DNA from: Pseudoalteromonas tetraodonis
GTDB taxonomy: Bacteria; Pseudomonadota; Gammaproteobacteria; Enterobacterales; Alteromonadaceae
Reading direction: 5' to 3'
NCBI RefSeq assembly: GCF_002310835.1
Contig: NZ_CP011041.1
Location: forward strand, 2,670,001-2,702,000
DNA: 32,000 nucleotides
Part shown: positions 1 through 8,100 of the stretch, piece after piece
How positions within the stretch are numbered: position 1 is the stretch's first letter
Layout: each line of letters starts with the position of its first letter
The notes under the pieces: generated by a model
The model's input: the letters and a program-made list of their open reading frames with translations, nothing else
What the model was told of the DNA's origin: nothing
Database searches by the model: none
Program-made: the position numbers and the translations under genes

Positions 1-680
1 GCATTTGCCGCCTCATTGGTTTGTTTTGTGTAAACAGGGCTTAACCAACCCTGTGGAGTGAACGAAGGTGCATTAGCGCTTTTTATCGCATGCTTATCTT
101 GATCATCGTTAACTTCTCCTGTTATTGCATGATAGCGTGGCGTAATTGTAGTTGGAAAATGAATCGCAAAGGTTCCGTGTTGGTAATCAATAATCTCTTG
201 ATACTCAAGCGTTATAGCTATTTCTTCTCCGGGCCCTACATTTGCCACATTTGTAATAAACATATTTGCACGTTGCTGTCGCAACAATGAAGCTTGTTTG
301 CCTGCTTTTTTGGCAGCTTGGTACTGTTTTTCAGCTTGGCGTTTTTTTGTTATTTTACCTTTGATAACTCGCTCGCCAATGCGCATGGTCATTGCTTGCA
401 CGGCGCTTTCATCGGGTAAAGGAAATACATAACGTGCATTTACGGCAAAAGGGTTTTCATTTATGTAGTGCTGCGTAACTACAACACGATTAATTAGCCC
501 TGTTAGGGTCATTTTTGCATCGCTTTTTAAAATAACCCCAGGGTTAACCGCCACTCCTTGGCTATCAAACAAGGATAGTTTTGGCGACTGTGCATGGCTT
601 TTAAAGCTGGCTAAAAGCACGATGATAATAAAAATAAAAAGGCTTACCTTGGTAAGCACTTTGGTGGGTTTACTCAACAT
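1..680 (-). CDS. VIT-domain secreted protein, N-terminal part (gene runs off the window start); best fit is the sortase-target protein of the proteobacterial dedicated sortase system
   Basis: Absent from the ORF track because the frame is open to the window edge. ATG at 680 follows a GGGAG Shine-Dalgarno. Translation begins MLSKPTKVLTKVSLFIFIIIVLLASFKSHA (signal peptide). It continues ...NARYVFPLPDESAVQAMTMRIGERVIKGKITKKRQAEKQYQAAKKAGKQASLLRQQRANMFITNVANVGPGEEIAITLEYQ, a typical VIT (vault/inter-alpha-trypsin) domain pattern. No in-frame stop was seen down to base 3. Confidence 0.7.
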   Translation of the reverse strand, partial: MLSKPTKVLTKVSLFIFIIIVLLASFKSHAQSPKLSLFDSQGVAVNPGVILKSDAKMTLTGLINRVVVTQHYINENPFAVNARYVFPLPDESAVQAMTMRIGERVIKGKITKKRQAEKQYQAAKKAGKQASLLRQQRANMFITNVANVGPGEEIAITLEYQEIIDYQHGTFAIHFPTTITPRYHAITGEVNDDQDKHAIKSANAPSFTPQGWLSPVYTKQTNEAAN

Positions 681-705
681 AAATCACTCCCTCGAACGCA
701 CGCTG

Positions 706-1431
706 TTAATTGCTTGCTGTTTGGTCAGTAGTTTGATTTAGCGCACGGGTAGTGAGAGTAACGCGTCTGTCAAAAAAGTTATCTTCAAGGGTGTTACTGT
801 TTGCTATGCTTTGCTGCTCGCCAAATGCTTGTGCGCTTAAACGTATATGGCTTACACCTTGTTTAATTAAGTAACTTTGTACGGCGTTTACTCTGGCTTT
901 TGAAAGTAATAAGTTTGCTTGCTCTTCACCACGCTGATCGGCAAAGCCACTTAAATCGAGTGCGAGTTGCGGTTGGCTTTTTAATAACGCTACCAATTGA
1001 TCAAGCTGCTTGGCAAAATGTGGAGCAATATCGCTAGAGCCAGTTTTAAATTGCACCGTCATTGCCAATAAATTATTAAGCTGCGATTGCGTTAGTTGCT
1101 CATTTTGCTGAGCCAGTAGCTCAAGTTGCGCCTCTAGGTGACTGTTATGATTAAGAACATGCTGGTAGTCGTTGGTTTTCTCTGCCATTACAGTTAAAGC
1201 TTGCAGCTGCTCAGCAATGGTTTGCTCAGCCACCTTGGCATCGCCAATCAAACCACCAGCAAATGCGCCTACAAACGCGCCGATTGGCCCACCAACAACA
1301 CCACCAATAATGGCACCGGTGCTCAGGCCAACAATTGTTTCTTTTTTTGCTTCTTTTGATGGGGTATCCGCAGCAAATACTGGCGTACAAAAAGTGCTAA
1401 CAAGTGTGAGTGCGATTAATGTTTTCTTCAT
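706..1431 (-). CDS. pdsO: OmpA-family protein of the proteobacterial dedicated sortase system (signal peptide, glycine-zipper, coiled coil, C-terminal OmpA domain)
   Basis: ORF 706..1479, trimmed to the ATG at 1431 (MKKTLIALTLVSTFCTPVFA), which follows an AAGGAA SD. Contains the Gly-zipper GAIIGGVVGGPIGAFVGAFAGGLIG. C-terminal OmpA-like motif: LSGFADQRGEEQANLLLSKARVNAVQSYL...DRRVTL. Lies 25 nt upstream of the VIT target gene on the same strand. Confidence 0.75.
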   Translation of the reverse strand: MKKTLIALTLVSTFCTPVFAADTPSKEAKKETIVGLSTGAIIGGVVGGPIGAFVGAFAGGLIGDAKVAEQTIAEQLQALTVMAEKTNDYQHVLNHNSHLEAQLELLAQQNEQLTQSQLNNLLAMTVQFKTGSSDIAPHFAKQLDQLVALLKSQPQLALDLSGFADQRGEEQANLLLSKARVNAVQSYLIKQGVSHIRLSAQAFGEQQSIANSNTLEDNFFDRRVTLTTRALNQTTDQTASN

Positions 1432-1454
1432 GGTCGATTCCTTACTATTAATAA

Positions 1455-1591
1455 TGGTTGGCAAGCTATTGGTTGGCACTTGCGTTGTATTGGTAATTTC
1501 AATAGCTGTATTAAAACACTATGAAGTGGCAATAAAGGGGAGTAAAAATGGCAAACTGCTGAGCAATTGTGGCAAAAAAATGGCAATTGTG
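1455..1591 (+). promoter_or_regulatory. Array of six same-strand TGGCA(A/C) repeats in the pdsO/pdsR divergent intergenic region (candidate response-regulator operators)
   Basis: TGGCA starts at 1459, 1474, 1527, 1549, 1570 and 1581. The first two sit inside a perfect 9-bp direct repeat TGGTTGGCA (1455-1463 and 1470-1478). The last four are spaced 22, 21 and 11 bp. GCAATTGTG also repeats at 1563-1571 and 1583-1591. Confidence 0.45.
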
Positions 1592-1657
1592 TTTTTAACC
1601 GTACTTAGCGCAAAAACTTCGCTATAGTGCGCCTAAGTCAATATGAGTAATTAAAAA

Positions 1658-2353
1658 ATGAAAAAAATAGCTATCGTTGAAGATGAAACTGCCATTCGCG
1701 AAAACTACATAGAAATGCTAAGCGCTCAAGGCTATCAGGTAAGTGGTTATGAAAACCGCCCTCAAGCAGAAGTCGCTTTTAAAGAAGCACTCCCCGATTT
1801 AGCCATTGTTGATATTGGCTTAGGCCATGAAATAGATGGCGGCTTTTTACTGTGCCAAACACTGCGTTCACTTTCTAAAACCTTACCAATTATTTTTTTA
1901 ACCGCTCGCGACAGCGAAATAGACACCGTATGCGGCCTGCGCATGGGCGCCGATGACTACTTAACCAAAGATATTAGCTTAGCGCATTTAGCCGCGCGTA
2001 TTGGTGCGCTATTTCGCCGAATGGAAGCATTAGAGCAACCCGCCGATGCCAACGCATTAATAATTCGCGGTCAACTAACACTCGACACGCAACGCATGCA
2101 GGTGCTTTGGCAGCAACAGTTGGTTGATTTAACCGTAACTGAGTTTTGGATGCTGCATTCACTCGCCCAACGACCTGGCCACGTTAAAAGCCGTAATGAG
2201 TTAATGAGCGATGCTAAAATTTATGTAGACGACAGTACCATTACCTCTCATGTAAAACGCATTCGTAAAAAGTTTATAGCACTCGATAGCCAGTTTGACT
2301 GCATTGATACCGTGTATGGCATGGGCTACAGGTGGGAGCAACCCACATGCTAA
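1658..2353 (+). CDS. pdsR: OmpR-family response regulator (receiver plus winged-helix), sortase-system associated
   Basis: 231-aa ORF. Receiver motifs: IAIVEDE, DLAIVDIGL, FLTARD. C-terminal winged helix: LTVTEFWMLHSLAQRPGHVKSRNELM...YGMGYRW. Its stop overlaps the start of the downstream kinase gene (ATGCTAA). Confidence 0.85.
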   Translation: MKKIAIVEDETAIRENYIEMLSAQGYQVSGYENRPQAEVAFKEALPDLAIVDIGLGHEIDGGFLLCQTLRSLSKTLPIIFLTARDSEIDTVCGLRMGADDYLTKDISLAHLAARIGALFRRMEALEQPADANALIIRGQLTLDTQRMQVLWQQQLVDLTVTEFWMLHSLAQRPGHVKSRNELMSDAKIYVDDSTITSHVKRIRKKFIALDSQFDCIDTVYGMGYRWEQPTC

Positions 2354-4482
2354 GATTTGGCCTACGCAGTAAATTTATTCTACTTTCATGCTTTTTGTTT
2401 TTGTTGCCATGGTTAGGCTACGAGTACGTATGGGAAATGGAAAAGTTTTTACGCCAAGGCCAAGAAAAAACGCTCGTAGGCACTACACGTGCACTGGCCA
2501 CGGCCCTGCACGAACGTCCCGCTTTATTTGACGAACAAACCAACTTTTTAGACCAAGTTGTAAAAGGCCGCGATCTCTATGCTTATAATTTAAAAAGCCC
2601 AATTCAGCTCGATGGTAAACTCAGCGACTGGGACGCTTACCAATCGCTATTTTGGCTTTATGACAAACGCTACTTACAAACAGCCAATGATAACCATCAA
2701 CTGAGCAACTTATCATTTAGCCACATGGTAGGTAAGTTTGATAATTACTTATATGCTGTATTTAAAGTCACAGATGACACTGTAATTTACCGTGCTAAAA
2801 ACAGCCTCAGCATTACCAATAATGACTATGTAAAAATTGGCCTAAAAAACCCTGATGGGCAATTTAATACTTATATTATTGCTCCGCGCCAAGATGGCTG
2901 GGTCAACGCATTTGATGCCAACAGTAAAATGCCTTTTACTAAAATTCAGGGCTTTTTTAAACAAACTGAAACAGGTTACAACCTTGAGCTGCGCTTTCCT
3001 TTGAGTATGCTTGGCAATAAACTGGGGTTTGCCATTGCCGATGTTGATAGTAAACAACCAAACCAAACACCTAATATCATGTCTACATCCAACTTAAATA
3101 ACCCAAATGATTTAGGCTCAGTACTGGTGCCCTCCCCTGAGATAAACCGTATATTAAAAGGCATGGGCCACAGCGGCAGTCGCATTTGGGTGGTCGATAA
3201 TCATCACCGTGTTTTAGCGCAATCGGGCAGTATTCAAAATGCCGATGGCGTATGGGCTGATGGGCTAAAAAATCAAGCGCCAAAAACCGCATGGCAACGC
3301 TTTGAACAAACCTATTTGCATCCTTTGTATTATAAAATTTTAACGCGTCCTGAAGATGAATTTATAGATACCTTACACGATGTCGCTTCAATGCAAGGCG
3401 CTCATTTAGCCAAAGCACTGAAAGGTCAACCGGCCTCGTCTTGGCGACTCACCCCCGATAACAAAGCGGTGATATTATCGGCCGCGTATCCTATTTGGAT
3501 TGAGGATAAGGTTATTGGCGCAGTTATAGCCGAAGAAACCACTAATGGCGTGCGCACACTGCGTAATAAATCGCTGGAAAAACTATTTAATGTGATTTTA
3601 GCGGTCATGTTAATTGGCACAGTCACTTTGTTCTTTTTTGCCTCACGTATATCAAGTCGTATTAGGCGACTACGCGATACAGCAGAGCAAGCCATTGATG
3701 CACAAGGGCGGGTAACAGGCTATATAAATTACAGCGATGCCAATGACGAAATTGGCGATTTATCGCGTAGCTTTTCAAATATAGTGAGCCGACTTGGTGG
3801 CTATACCGATTATTTAGAAAATATGTCGTCGCGCTTATCTCATGAGCTGCGCACGCCGGTTGCGGTTGTACGTTCATCACTTGAGAACTTACAAAGCTTG
3901 CAGCAAAGTGAACTGAGTCAAAAATACCTTGAGCGTGCCAGTGAAGGAGTTGAGCGTTTAGGGAAAATAATTACCACTATGAGTGAAGCAACCCGCCTTG
4001 AGCAAAGCATTCAAAGTAATGAGCCAGAGCCGTTTGATTTACAAAAAGTGATTAGTGGTTGTATGCAGGGCTACCAACTTACTTACCCTAACCAGTTATT
4101 TACACTCAACATTTGCCAAAGCACACTGCCAATGCAAGGTGCCCCTGAATTTATAGCGCAACTGCTCGATAAGCTAATTAATAATGCCTTGGAATTTAGT
4201 GAAGCCAACACCGCGATTGAAGTCAGTCTGAAGCAAAGCGAAAACAAAGCAACATTAACGGTAAGTAATACAGGTACTTTATTGCCTGAGGGGCTTACTG
4301 AACATATTTTTGATTCTATGGTATCGGTGCGCAGCCAACAAATGCAGCAACAGCCGCATTTGGGTTTAGGGCTATATATTGTCAGGCTGGTGTGTAATTA
4401 CCATAACGGCAGTGTTATCGCGCATAATAATGAGCAAGACAATGGTGTGGTGTTTACCGTGAACCTGCCTTTAAATAATTAA
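2347..4482 (+). CDS. pdsS: Sensor histidine kinase with a large periplasmic domain (sortase-system associated)
   Basis: ORF 2332..4482. The ATG at 2347 overlaps the pdsR stop, which suggests translational coupling. It has an N-terminal TM segment, about 400 aa of periplasmic region, a second TM segment (LFNVILAVMLIGTVTLFFFA), a HAMP-like region, an H-box SHELRTPVAVV, an N-box LINNALEF and a G-box GLGLYIV. Confidence 0.85.
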   Translation: MLRFGLRSKFILLSCFLFLLPWLGYEYVWEMEKFLRQGQEKTLVGTTRALATALHERPALFDEQTNFLDQVVKGRDLYAYNLKSPIQLDGKLSDWDAYQSLFWLYDKRYLQTANDNHQLSNLSFSHMVGKFDNYLYAVFKVTDDTVIYRAKNSLSITNNDYVKIGLKNPDGQFNTYIIAPRQDGWVNAFDANSKMPFTKIQGFFKQTETGYNLELRFPLSMLGNKLGFAIADVDSKQPNQTPNIMSTSNLNNPNDLGSVLVPSPEINRILKGMGHSGSRIWVVDNHHRVLAQSGSIQNADGVWADGLKNQAPKTAWQRFEQTYLHPLYYKILTRPEDEFIDTLHDVASMQGAHLAKALKGQPASSWRLTPDNKAVILSAAYPIWIEDKVIGAVIAEETTNGVRTLRNKSLEKLFNVILAVMLIGTVTLFFFASRISSRIRRLRDTAEQAIDAQGRVTGYINYSDANDEIGDLSRSFSNIVSRLGGYTDYLENMSSRLSHELRTPVAVVRSSLENLQSLQQSELSQKYLERASEGVERLGKIITTMSEATRLEQSIQSNEPEPFDLQKVISGCMQGYQLTYPNQLFTLNICQSTLPMQGAPEFIAQLLDKLINNALEFSEANTAIEVSLKQSENKATLTVSNTGTLLPEGLTEHIFDSMVSVRSQQMQQQPHLGLGLYIVRLVCNYHNGSVIAHNNEQDNGVVFTVNLPLNN

Positions 4483-4486
4483 ACAA

Positions 4487-4517
4487 AAAGCGGTTTAATT
4501 ATAAACCGCTTTATTTT
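4487..4517 (+). terminator. Rho-independent terminator after pdsS
   Basis: AAAGCGGTTTA / loop ATTA / TAAACCGCTTT gives an 11-bp stem, followed by a TATTTT tract. Confidence 0.7.
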
Positions 4518-4614
4518 AAAGCTTTGCAGTTACAATTTAATTCACACACAAGTGTAACGATTCACTTTTAATTCATTCGCTCAGTCTTAGTCTACTCACC
4601 TAGGAGGAGTCAAA

Positions 4615-4770
4615 ATGAAAGAGTTATTAGAACCCGAAGAAATAGAGTTTATTCTCGATTTATATCGTCCTAATGCAGCCAATAACCATGCTCAACAGGG
4701 CGCGACTAAAAAGCACAAGGTAAGTAATAAACAAGCCATGCAAGCTGAGGCTTTAGCTCGTAGTGCTTAA
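4615..4770 (+). CDS. Hypothetical 51-aa protein (below the ORF-track length cutoff)
   Basis: ATG at 4615 is preceded by TAGGAGGAG with a 5-nt spacer, an unusually strong SD. Translation: MKELLEPEEIEFILDLYRPNAANNHAQQGATKKHKVSNKQAMQAEALARSA. I recognise no domain. Confidence 0.35.
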   Translation: MKELLEPEEIEFILDLYRPNAANNHAQQGATKKHKVSNKQAMQAEALARSA

Positions 4771-4788
4771 CTACACAAACCTTACAAG

Positions 4789-6045
4789 TTAGCCATTAAG
4801 CTGTAAAAACGCTTTAATACAGTCTATTTCTGCCTGCTTGACCGTTTCGCCTATTTCAGGGCCTTTTTTACCGCTTTTAAGCGCATCTTGCACTATCTGT
4901 TTTTTATCCATTTTTTGTAGTTCATTGTGAATTGCACGTAATTTAGCGGCTTGTGGGTAGGGCTTATCTACCAGCGTTTCGCCTCGTCCTTGTGCATCAC
5001 ACTGGCACGCTTGAGTAAATGCAATAAAACGCTCTGGGTGCACTAATGCATTTAAATTAGTGACGATTAATTTATGAATAGTTTGCGGCCTTAACTGTTC
5101 AAGCGTGTGGCAAAGTGTATGGTTATCACTGGTAAGCACACCGATATCACGAAAGCGATTAGGTATTTTTAAACGTTCACAAAAGGCCTCAACCACCGCA
5201 ACCCCTTCACGTTCATGGCCGCGTAAATTCCCCTGTTTTTTGTAACTGAGCGCTTTACCAAAATCATGAGTTAAAGCAGCAAAACGCGTTTCTAAATTAA
5301 AGTTTAAATCGGCTGCTCGCCTAAGGACTAACATAGTATGTACAAACACATCTCCCTCGGGGTGATGATTTGCAGGCTGTGGGGTGTTTTTCATCTGTTC
5401 AATTTCAGGAAAAATACCTAAGCCATCTAATGCTTGAAAATAAAGCTCAGGGTGTTTTTCACCAAGCGCTTTTTCTGTTTCAAGCCATACTCGCTCTGGC
5501 ACTAAATGTTCCAGCTCGCCTTTATTTTTAAGCTCCTGCATTAATGCAGTGGTACTTGGATGAATAGACCATTCACTGCCATAACGGGCTAAAAAACGGG
5601 CAATACGTAATACCCGAACCGGGTCTTCTACAAATGCTTGGGTGGTGTGGCGCAGCACTTTATTTTTTAAATCATCTTGACCATTAAAAGGGTCAATAAT
5701 AGTGTCGTTTTCGTCAAGTGCCATAGAGTTTATGGTTAAATCTCGGCGTGCTAAGTCTTCTTCAAGCGTAACATTGGGGCTCGCATCCACTACAAAGCCG
5801 GTATAACCTTTACCACTTTTACGCTCGGTACGCCCTAGTGCATATTCTTCTTTAGTGTGTGGGTGCAAGTAAACGGGAAAATCACTGCCAATAGGTAAAA
5901 ACCCAAGCGCTTCCATAACCTCTGGCGTTTCACCAATAACAACGTAATCGTTATCTTTTGATTGTATGTTTAGCAGCTTATCTCGCACTGCTCCGCCAAC
6001 TAGGTAAACTTGCTTTAAGCTTTGTTGCACTTTATCCCCAACCAC
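4789..6045 (-). CDS. cca: Multifunctional CCA-adding tRNA nucleotidyltransferase with HD domain
   Basis: Contains VYLVGGAVRD, FPVYLHPHTKEEYALGRTERKSGKGYTGF and RRDLTINSMA, and aligns with E. coli Cca as I remember it. HD region: LTHDFGK. The start is uncertain: GTG at 6045, or GTG at 6030 (MQQSLKQVYLVGG), which fits the E. coli N-terminus better. Confidence 0.9.
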   Translation of the reverse strand: MVGDKVQQSLKQVYLVGGAVRDKLLNIQSKDNDYVVIGETPEVMEALGFLPIGSDFPVYLHPHTKEEYALGRTERKSGKGYTGFVVDASPNVTLEEDLARRDLTINSMALDENDTIIDPFNGQDDLKNKVLRHTTQAFVEDPVRVLRIARFLARYGSEWSIHPSTTALMQELKNKGELEHLVPERVWLETEKALGEKHPELYFQALDGLGIFPEIEQMKNTPQPANHHPEGDVFVHTMLVLRRAADLNFNLETRFAALTHDFGKALSYKKQGNLRGHEREGVAVVEAFCERLKIPNRFRDIGVLTSDNHTLCHTLEQLRPQTIHKLIVTNLNALVHPERFIAFTQACQCDAQGRGETLVDKPYPQAAKLRAIHNELQKMDKKQIVQDALKSGKKGPEIGETVKQAEIDCIKAFLQLNG

Positions 6046-6106
6046 TACTTTTAAGGTTTTCTTTGATGTTAATCATACCTAATCGCAATTTAAAAATCAG
6101 CGTTGT

Positions 6107-6135
6107 TTGCCAAGCTTTAGTAAGCTCATTACAAT
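6107..6135 (+). promoter_or_regulatory. Sigma-70-type promoter candidate for the 72-aa membrane protein gene
   Basis: TTGCCA (6107-6112), a 17-nt spacer, then TACAAT (6130-6135). It lies about 38 nt upstream of the ATG at 6174. Confidence 0.4.
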
Positions 6136-6173
6136 AGTGCATTATTTTTTTATACCTAAACTCACCTTAACTA

Positions 6174-6392
6174 ATGAAAAAACATTCAGCAAAAAAAGAA
6201 CTTAGGTTACTACCCATCCTTTTGATCGTTATTATTATGTGTGTTGCGGGGCATTTTTTGCTGCAAGCTAATTTTCAAGACAGTCATTTGGTCGAATACC
6301 TATTAGCCGCGATTCCATTTGCTATGTTTGGCTTAGTGATAGTGGCCTTTAAAATGGCCGCTAAAAGTGAGCAACAAGAAAGTGATGAGTAA
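6174..6392 (+). CDS. Small two-TM membrane protein, hypothetical
   Basis: 72-aa ORF with two hydrophobic helices (LLPILLIVIIMCVAGHFLL and LLAAIPFAMFGLVIVAF) and a good upstream promoter match. There is no clear SD. Confidence 0.45.
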   Translation: MKKHSAKKELRLLPILLIVIIMCVAGHFLLQANFQDSHLVEYLLAAIPFAMFGLVIVAFKMAAKSEQQESDE

Positions 6393-6397
6393 ATAAG

Positions 6398-7549
6398 TTA
6401 CTGATAGTTTTTTTCTGCTTTAGTGACTTTATATAGGTAGCGTCTTGATTCCGCACGTGAGTGCTTAGTGGTGAGAATGTTATAAAACTGGCTTGAAGTA
6501 AGCTGATTTATTTGTGAAAACGCCACACTTCTATTTTTATTAAATATACGCAATACATTACCCGCGCCACCGTTATAAGACGAGATCATGGCAAAGTGCT
6601 TACTTTTATCGGTATTAATTTTATGTAAGTAATTATTTTTTAAAATACTTAAATACGCGCTGCCAATATCAATATTATGTTTTGGATTAAACAACACTGC
6701 TTTGGTTGGCTGCCCGGGTACTTTTTTAATTTTTTGATACACATCCCGCCCTGCAGTTGCGGGGATCACTTGCATTAATCCATATGCGTTTGATGAGCTC
6801 ACCGCATGTGGATTAAAGCTACTTTCGGTTTCAATAATGGCATAAATAAGTGCTGCCGATATTTGATATTTTTTTGCAGCCGTCAGCACATAATCACTGT
6901 ACTTTTGCTTTCTTAAATGAGCATTTTGCTCCACTAAATTAAAACTAACTGACGAAATAACATGTCCATATTGTCGTTGCTTTTTTAAGTTATTATTTAC
7001 TAAATAACGCGCAAATCGATTAGCACGCCAAGAGTATTTTATTGGTAACTTATCTTGGTCGAGTACTTGTTGATATAAAAACGGTTCGCCTTCTAATATG
7101 GGGGCTTCGCTGGTAAAAATATCGGTTTTATCGGGGTCGCTGGAGGTCAGTAGGGTCATAACAATGGCCTGCTGTAACAAGCTTATTGTATTTTTTAACG
7201 CGATGGTTTCTACTTTTACAGTGCCTTGCTCAAAATCAATAATGGCACGAGCTTGGTAATCATTACTGTATTTGACGTATTTTTTTGCACTAGGCTGTTG
7301 CGTATTTTGCTTACCCCACTTGCGCCCAACAACGCTTTCTAATGCAGCTAAAAGCTGTTTTACGCTACCAACCTGTGCTTTAATAGAGCGGTGTGTTTTT
7401 TGTGCTTGCTTGTGAATTGCAACCACATTGGTAGGGTCGTTTTTTACTTGCTTTACCAGTTTATTTAAATCAACAACGGGCGGTAAACCCGACAGTGATT
7501 TACAGCCACTTAAGCCAACTAGCAAAAGTATAAACGCATACTTTTTCAC
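6398..7549 (-). CDS. mltC: Membrane-bound lytic murein transglycosylase C (lipoprotein)
   Basis: Collinear with remembered E. coli MltC: YVKYSNDYQARAIIDFEQGTVKVETIA, EPFLYQQVLD, catalytic ETESSFNPHAVSSSNAYGLMQV, SYNGGAGNVLRIF and AESRRYLYKV. Lipobox: LVGLSGC. The start is trimmed to the GTG at 7549 (MKKYAF..., matching E. coli MKKY); the ORF track starts at a TTG at 7564. Confidence 0.9.
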   Translation of the reverse strand: MKKYAFILLLVGLSGCKSLSGLPPVVDLNKLVKQVKNDPTNVVAIHKQAQKTHRSIKAQVGSVKQLLAALESVVGRKWGKQNTQQPSAKKYVKYSNDYQARAIIDFEQGTVKVETIALKNTISLLQQAIVMTLLTSSDPDKTDIFTSEAPILEGEPFLYQQVLDQDKLPIKYSWRANRFARYLVNNNLKKQRQYGHVISSVSFNLVEQNAHLRKQKYSDYVLTAAKKYQISAALIYAIIETESSFNPHAVSSSNAYGLMQVIPATAGRDVYQKIKKVPGQPTKAVLFNPKHNIDIGSAYLSILKNNYLHKINTDKSKHFAMISSYNGGAGNVLRIFNKNRSVAFSQINQLTSSQFYNILTTKHSRAESRRYLYKVTKAEKNYQ

Positions 7550-7575
7550 ACAATATCCAAACAAATGCTTAGCAA

Positions 7576-8076
7576 CTATAATACATGATAACCAAACCAG
7601 TCCGGTTTAATTGGTTGTGCTTGGCCGCTTGGGGTTAGCTTAATATTAAGCTGACTATCGAGTAAATCAATCGCAAAGCAGTCATCAACATCATATAAAT
7701 CATCTTTATGAAGATGACTCAGCCCTGCTAATAAGTCATTTTTAGCGCGTTGTTTCGCTTCTTCACTACTACTGGCAACATACAAAGCAAAGTCGTGTTG
7801 CTCTGCCATTGAGTCGCTTCTGTAAGCGCCTAAATTAACAAAATAAAGCTGTTTGTTTTGCTCAACAGAACCATCAACAATGTCAACTTGGTAGCCATCA
7901 ATGTGATTGACTGCCATGTAGCTATCCATGTGTACACTGTTTTTATCACCCACCCATTGGCTTTTTAGTTTGGTATAGGTTTGCTCAATGTTTTGGCCTA
8001 CCACAAAACGTACGTCGTGCATTTCTATGTGGCAACCTTGAATGCGTCCACCTAAATACACCATGAATAACTGCAT
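7576..8076 (-). CDS. Conserved hypothetical protein, DUF1543-like, with two internal repeats
   Basis: ATG at 8076 (MQLFMVYLGGR...) follows AAGGAAG with a 5-nt spacer. LFMVYLGGRIQGCHIEMHDVRFVVG resembles DUF1543 members as I remember them. The second half (LYFVNLGAYRSDSMAEQHDFALYVA) repeats the pattern. Confidence 0.55.
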   Translation of the reverse strand: MQLFMVYLGGRIQGCHIEMHDVRFVVGQNIEQTYTKLKSQWVGDKNSVHMDSYMAVNHIDGYQVDIVDGSVEQNKQLYFVNLGAYRSDSMAEQHDFALYVASSSEEAKQRAKNDLLAGLSHLHKDDLYDVDDCFAIDLLDSQLNIKLTPSGQAQPIKPDWFGYHVL

Positions 8077-8100
8077 GCTCACTTCCTTTTAAAAACCAAA

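Noticed and set aside
90-290. 66-aa plus-strand ORF near the window start
   Set aside because: It lies entirely inside, and antisense to, the VIT-domain reading frame, which gives a strong domain-like translation. Its Cys/Ile-rich product looks non-biological.
1474-1488. Second sigma-54-like element TGGCAC-N5-TTGT upstream of pdsR
   Set aside because: The TGGCAC is one copy of the TGGTTGGCA/TGGCAA repeat family that fills this intergenic region. The -12 element again lacks GC. The locus regulator is OmpR-type, not an enhancer-binding protein. It is more economically explained as a repeat or operator copy.
1172-1627. 151-aa plus-strand ORF overlapping pdsO
   Set aside because: It is antisense to a well-supported OmpA-family gene. 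Its Pro/Ala/Thr-rich low-complexity translation is simply the complement of the glycine-zipper and coiled-coil codons. It has no SD and no recognisable domain.
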